From IMG/VR virus record IMGVR_UViG_3300013121_000016, positions 1 to 64,000 of that record: a DNA stretch of 64,000 nucleotides. One strand, given 5' to 3'. The stretch is from a virus. Its lineage: Duplodnaviria > Caudoviricetes. The position numbers and the translations under genes were made by a program. Position 1 is the first letter of the stretch. Each line of letters opens with the position of its first letter. The notes beneath the pieces are model-generated. The model was not told where the DNA came from, did not search any database, and saw only the letters and a program-made list of their open reading frames with translations. Shown piece after piece: positions 59,614 to 64,000 of this stretch.

Positions 59614-61815
59614 ATGACTAAATTAGATCTAGACCAACTTAAACAGGAAGGTGCCTCTATAGGTGACGTCTTAAGTTGGGGCGCAAGCGGATGAGAACCG
59701 ACTACTCTCACATTTTCCGGTGGTATATATTCAGGTAGTGGTACTGTTCCCGGTACTACGGTTGTATCACTTACCAACAATTTAGACATACAATTTGCGT
59801 CAACAGCTCCCGCAATACAAATTTTTGGCGGTGTTACAACTGGAGTTTATTTAGCATCTGCTGATGGTTCTACTAATGCTTATGTAGAAGATAATGGAAG
59901 ATTTGAGATGTTTGGTACAGGTTTGGGTAGTATTGCGGCGGATTCTTTAAACCTAACTGGTACTACTGATCTTACTATCGATATAGCAGGCGCAACAGGT
60001 ACGGCAGGTCAAGTTATCACAGCCGTTGGAGATGGTACAGCTATATGGGACGACAACCCCTCAGGTGGTATATACGGGGGTTCTGGTAATATCGCGTCGA
60101 ATGTTGACGCACATTTAACAGCCGCTAATTCATTTACTATTACGTATGCCGATTCTGCCATATCTGCAGCATTTAATGATGATACAGGATCTGTCTATAT
60201 AGGTTCGAAAGATACAGGAACTAACCTTACGCTACAAAATGGTTTATTCAGTTTGTCTACAGATACCGATGGTTCTATTTTAGCAGATGCTCTAACCTTA
60301 GGAGGTGCGACATTTGGATTAACTATAGGGGCATCTTCTGGGACAGCTGGACAAGTCTTGACAGCCATAGGAGACGGAACTGCTGTATGGGATGATCCCA
60401 CAGGTGGTATTTATTCAGGAAGTGGAACTATAGCTTCTGGTGCGGCAGCAACTGTTACAGCGTCGTCGTTATTTAAAATAAATTACTCTACAGCTAATCC
60501 GGCTTTCCAAGTAGATGATACAGACAACTCGACCACAATTTTCTCTGATAGTGGATCTGTTTATGTTTACGTGAATGATTCGACTATAGATTTAGGCACA
60601 ACAATAATTAATGTTGGTGGTGGAGCAACCGCAGCACAACTTAGATTCTTAGAGCCTTCAGGTTCTGGAACTAACTATTTTAGTTTGCAAGCTCCCGCTC
60701 TAGCTGCAAATACAGCCTACACACTTCCTAACGCTTTTCCTGCAGGATCTGACTACGCACTAGTTTCTGATGCTTCGGGTAATATGAGTTGGTTAGACAC
60801 CTCTACTTTAGGAAGTAGCCCATCAGTTATATCTCCCTCTCAATTGACAGCTGACCAAGACGACTATAGTCCTACAGGCTGGTCTACAGCTACTATTGTT
60901 AGATTAGATGGTGATTCAGGCATGCGGGCTATAACTAGTATGGCTGCTGGATCTTCTGGAGAAATTAAACAATTAGTTAATATAGGATCATACACTATTT
61001 ATTTTCCAGGTGAGCACCCCGATGGAACAGCAGCTAACAGAATTTCTGTTGGTTCTGACTACAAATTATATCCTGGCGCTTCAGCTAGAATTATGTATGA
61101 CGGTACTAGCTCGCGTTGGAGATTCTTAGATCCAGAAGTATCTTCAGCTAGAGTAGCAGGTAACCACTATGAATTGAGTGCGGCTAGTATCTCTGCTGGA
61201 GATCATGCTGCTTTAGCTTTTACCGCCGTCAATTCTGGCAGTGTTGGCTTATCAGGGGGAGGGACTACAGGTTTACCTTCTTTGTTTGGTGTGTCCACAT
61301 TGACTACTACTAATGGTGGAGGTTACTACTACTTTCTTAAAAGTAACGTTACATATGGATATTTTGGTAGCTCTCATATAGCAGCACGTTATCTTACTTC
61401 AATTCCAACTTTATCTGACGGAACTGACACTTTCCAAGTAGATTATCAGATAACCGCGTCACCAACTTCAACTAGTAGTACACCTAATAATAGTGTTGGT
61501 ATACGTTACTCACACGGTATTAATGGTGGTAACTTTCAAGGTTACTCCAGAGATAATGCTGGAAGTGAGGCAAGCGGTACTGTTGATTTAGGAATAGCTC
61601 CAACAGCTGGTACAATGTACGATCTAGTTATTGAGATCGATAAAAGCAACACGGAAGCACGATTCTATATAGATGGAGTATTTCGTGGTAGAGTAACTGG
61701 AAATTTACCAAACACTGTTGCGGCTGGATCCAGAGCAATCTTATTAAAATCAGCTGGTACAAATGCTAGAACTCTCAATCTTCACGCATTATCAGCAACT
61801 TCAATTTATAAATAA
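59614..61815 (+). CDS. Fibre-like protein with internal repeats, 733 aa with 1 TGA=Trp
   Basis: GDVLSWGASG[W]EP (TGA 59692); GTAGQVxTAxGDGTAxWDD twice, GGIYxGSG three times. Confidence 0.75.
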
Positions 61816-61835
61816 AATACTAAATTTTAAACACA

Positions 61836-62327
61836 ATGCCAAAAATTTCAAATTTAGATTCCGTTCCAGGTACATTAACTGGTACTGAGCAACTTGCATT
61901 GAATCAAAACGGAGTTACTTATCAAGCAGGGCTACAAGATTTACCTATGCTTCGTTATAGTGATATAGAGTTTAATGACGATGGAGAAAACAACGCTAAT
62001 AGGCCTAACGGGGCAATATATGTAGGAACAGATGGTTCGTTTACAGTACGTTCTACTAATGATAATGTAGCGCTTACTGTATATGATGACGGAGGTGATA
62101 ACTATGCAATAAATATTGCAAACTCTAATAGTACAATCTTAACAGTTGAATCAACACAAGCTTATTTAGAATCTTCTTTGGTAAACTTTAAACTTTATAC
62201 ACCTACAGGTTTTGATGATGCAGCAGGAGTAGTAGGAGCTATTACTTGGGATGAAGATTACATTTACGTAAAAACCATTGCTGGTTGAGCTCGCACCGCA
62301 TTAGCACTCATGAATCCAACTCCTTAA
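61836..62327 (+). CDS. Structural protein, 163 aa with 1 TGA=Trp
   Basis: GAITWDEDYIYVKTIAG[W]ARTAL matches the G..wD..YlYv....WkR.aL fibre motif. Confidence 0.75.
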
Positions 62328-62331
62328 TATT

Positions 62332-63303
62332 ATGCAAATAGAACACGGTGAAAATAGACTGATTAGAGTTGAAGAGCCACTTACTCAAGTCTATCACGAT
62401 AATACTTTAATAGGTAAAGGAACAAAAGGCTCTAGATTAAGAACTAATGGGAGCGGTATTCATGACTCTACATTATTTGGTGACGGCACCGCTTCTCAAC
62501 CTTTGACTACCTATACTGCTGATGATATCTTACTTGATGAAAATGGTAAAGGACTTTTAACTGAGAGTGGTGAATATATTCTAGTAGAGTCGGCCATTAT
62601 AAATCATGGTATCTATGATGGCAGTGGTTCGCTAGCTGATAATGTAACTGTTGATCTAAATGGTAAGACGCTACTATTTTCTTATACGAATGGTACAGCA
62701 GCTCTTACATTAGACGATAGCAGTGGAACTATTGGCATGAGCTCTCCAAATAACGCTACTTACATACAAATATCAGATAACACGTTCCTGTTAGGCATAG
62801 GTGAAGACGCTAGTGCTATTCTTACTGATGCTAGAGTTTCCCTATCGGATAGAGTTGGTCTTCAATATGATAACACTATAAATTTTGTTAACAGTTCTTT
62901 AATTAGTAGAGATTATGCAGATGGTTTAGCAATTGGCACACCTAACGTCACTATACATGGTTCCACCGTAGTAGGTAGATATAGAGCGTTATTATCACAA
63001 AGTGGAACAAATGATCCTGTTGCGTTCGTAACACTTAATACATTAGATGGAGATATTGTCTGAACAAGAAGCGCATTAGGGCTTTACCACGGAACACTTG
63101 CTGGAGCATTCGCTACACAATATGTATATTGTTTAGCTAACTACACTCCTCTTCGTGGAGGAGTAGCAAATGTGTCACTTGGTAAGATTGATGGTGATAC
63201 TGTAGGACTTTACGCCTTACATGCCGCCACAGGTAATCCTGAGGAAATAGATTGTGGAACAAACTATGATGTCTCAATTGATATTACTGTTTATAACGAT
63301 TAA
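62332..63303 (+). CDS. Structural protein, 323 aa with 1 TGA=Trp
   Basis: YRALLSQSGTNDP...NTLDGDIV[W]TRSALGLY; frame open to TAA 63303. Confidence 0.75.
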
Positions 63304-63318
63304 AAACAACTAAAAATT

Positions 63319-64000
63319 ATGTTAAAAACTTTTTTACCTAAAGCGTTTAGATCTGAGAAGACTCCCTCTAATAAAGGCTACTTTAATTTAGAGAATTGGA
63401 TTCAGGCCCGGATACAAGACGGGACGATTGAATTAGGAACTGCTGGCGTAGATGCAACTATCTACACTGCAGATGGTACATTTACTGAAAGTAGAAATAT
63501 ATCTCTAGCTCCTGACACGGGCATCACTTGAACTATTAACCCATCAAACTATATTACTTGGGGAGATGATGGTGGAATGTTCTTTAGTATGCTTTCTTCT
63601 GATGCTTCTATACTCCGTATGGATGGTAGTAGTATTATAATGGGTGAATCAGACGGCATTACTACACTTATTGGTAACAATAATGGAGGAGATGATACTC
63701 AAACAGTTAGATCTTTTGTTAATGTACAACAAGATTCTATTGAAATTGGTGTGAACGATAATGACACCGTAACAGGATCAATTTTTGTCAATTCAGGGGG
63801 TGAGTTTGTAATTAGTAATAATTACAATACTATTTCAATAGGAGCTACTCCCGGCACTTCGGGAGATGCCAAACACTTTTTTGATATCGCTGCGGCTAAC
63901 ATTTTATTCGGTATGTCTGATGAGGATACTATATATTCATCTTTCGAGATAGCTTCAAATGGCAACATTACTTTATCGCAAGGAACGAATGAAAATGGAG
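63319..64000 (+). CDS. Fibre-like protein, partial, with 1 TGA=Trp
   Basis: Frame stays open past TGA 63529 to the window end. Confidence 0.7.

Noticed and set aside
1-64000. CRISPR array, integrase, IS, intron/intein, DGR, rRNA
   Set aside because: None recognised by eye; polymerase and terminase are of ordinary length once TGA is read as Trp.

Overview
A 64-kb segment of a large lytic crAss-like (Crassvirales-type) phage genome. The host is most likely a Bacteroidota: promoters are TTTG-N20/21-TAnnTTTG, starts are AT-rich without Shine-Dalgarno sites, and the GH73 and EAD11 genes are Bacteroidota-type. There are three blocks. (i) 1-16.64 kb, minus strand: replication/'middle' module with PolA, primase, DnaB, SF2 helicase, ERF, putative SSB, UDG, two PD-(D/E)XK nucleases, an M15 peptidase and a CE4 deacetylase lipoprotein. 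(ii) 16.74-37.8 kb, minus strand: putative early block of many small, membrane and lipoprotein genes, plus MoxR/vWA, an AAA ATPase, two GH73 enzymes, and EAD11- and bL12-like proteins. (iii) 38.1-64 kb, plus strand: HU-like, GroES, tmRNA, tRNA, GroEL, terminase, portal, scaffold, major capsid and fibre genes. The main observation is a partitioned dual genetic code. In blocks (i) and (iii) I count 26 in-frame TGA codons, several at motif-Trp positions, and genes end almost only in TAA/TAG. In block (ii) TGA is the commonest stop, often in ATGA overlaps. The phage encodes a tRNA-Trp-derived UCA suppressor, next to an unusually small (245 nt) tmRNA with alternative tag frames, one of which depends on TGA read-through. 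Both RNAs lie between groES and groEL. Many supplied ORFs are therefore fragments, and my coordinates use TGA=Trp where supported. All product calls come from motif recognition by eye; no database searches were run.
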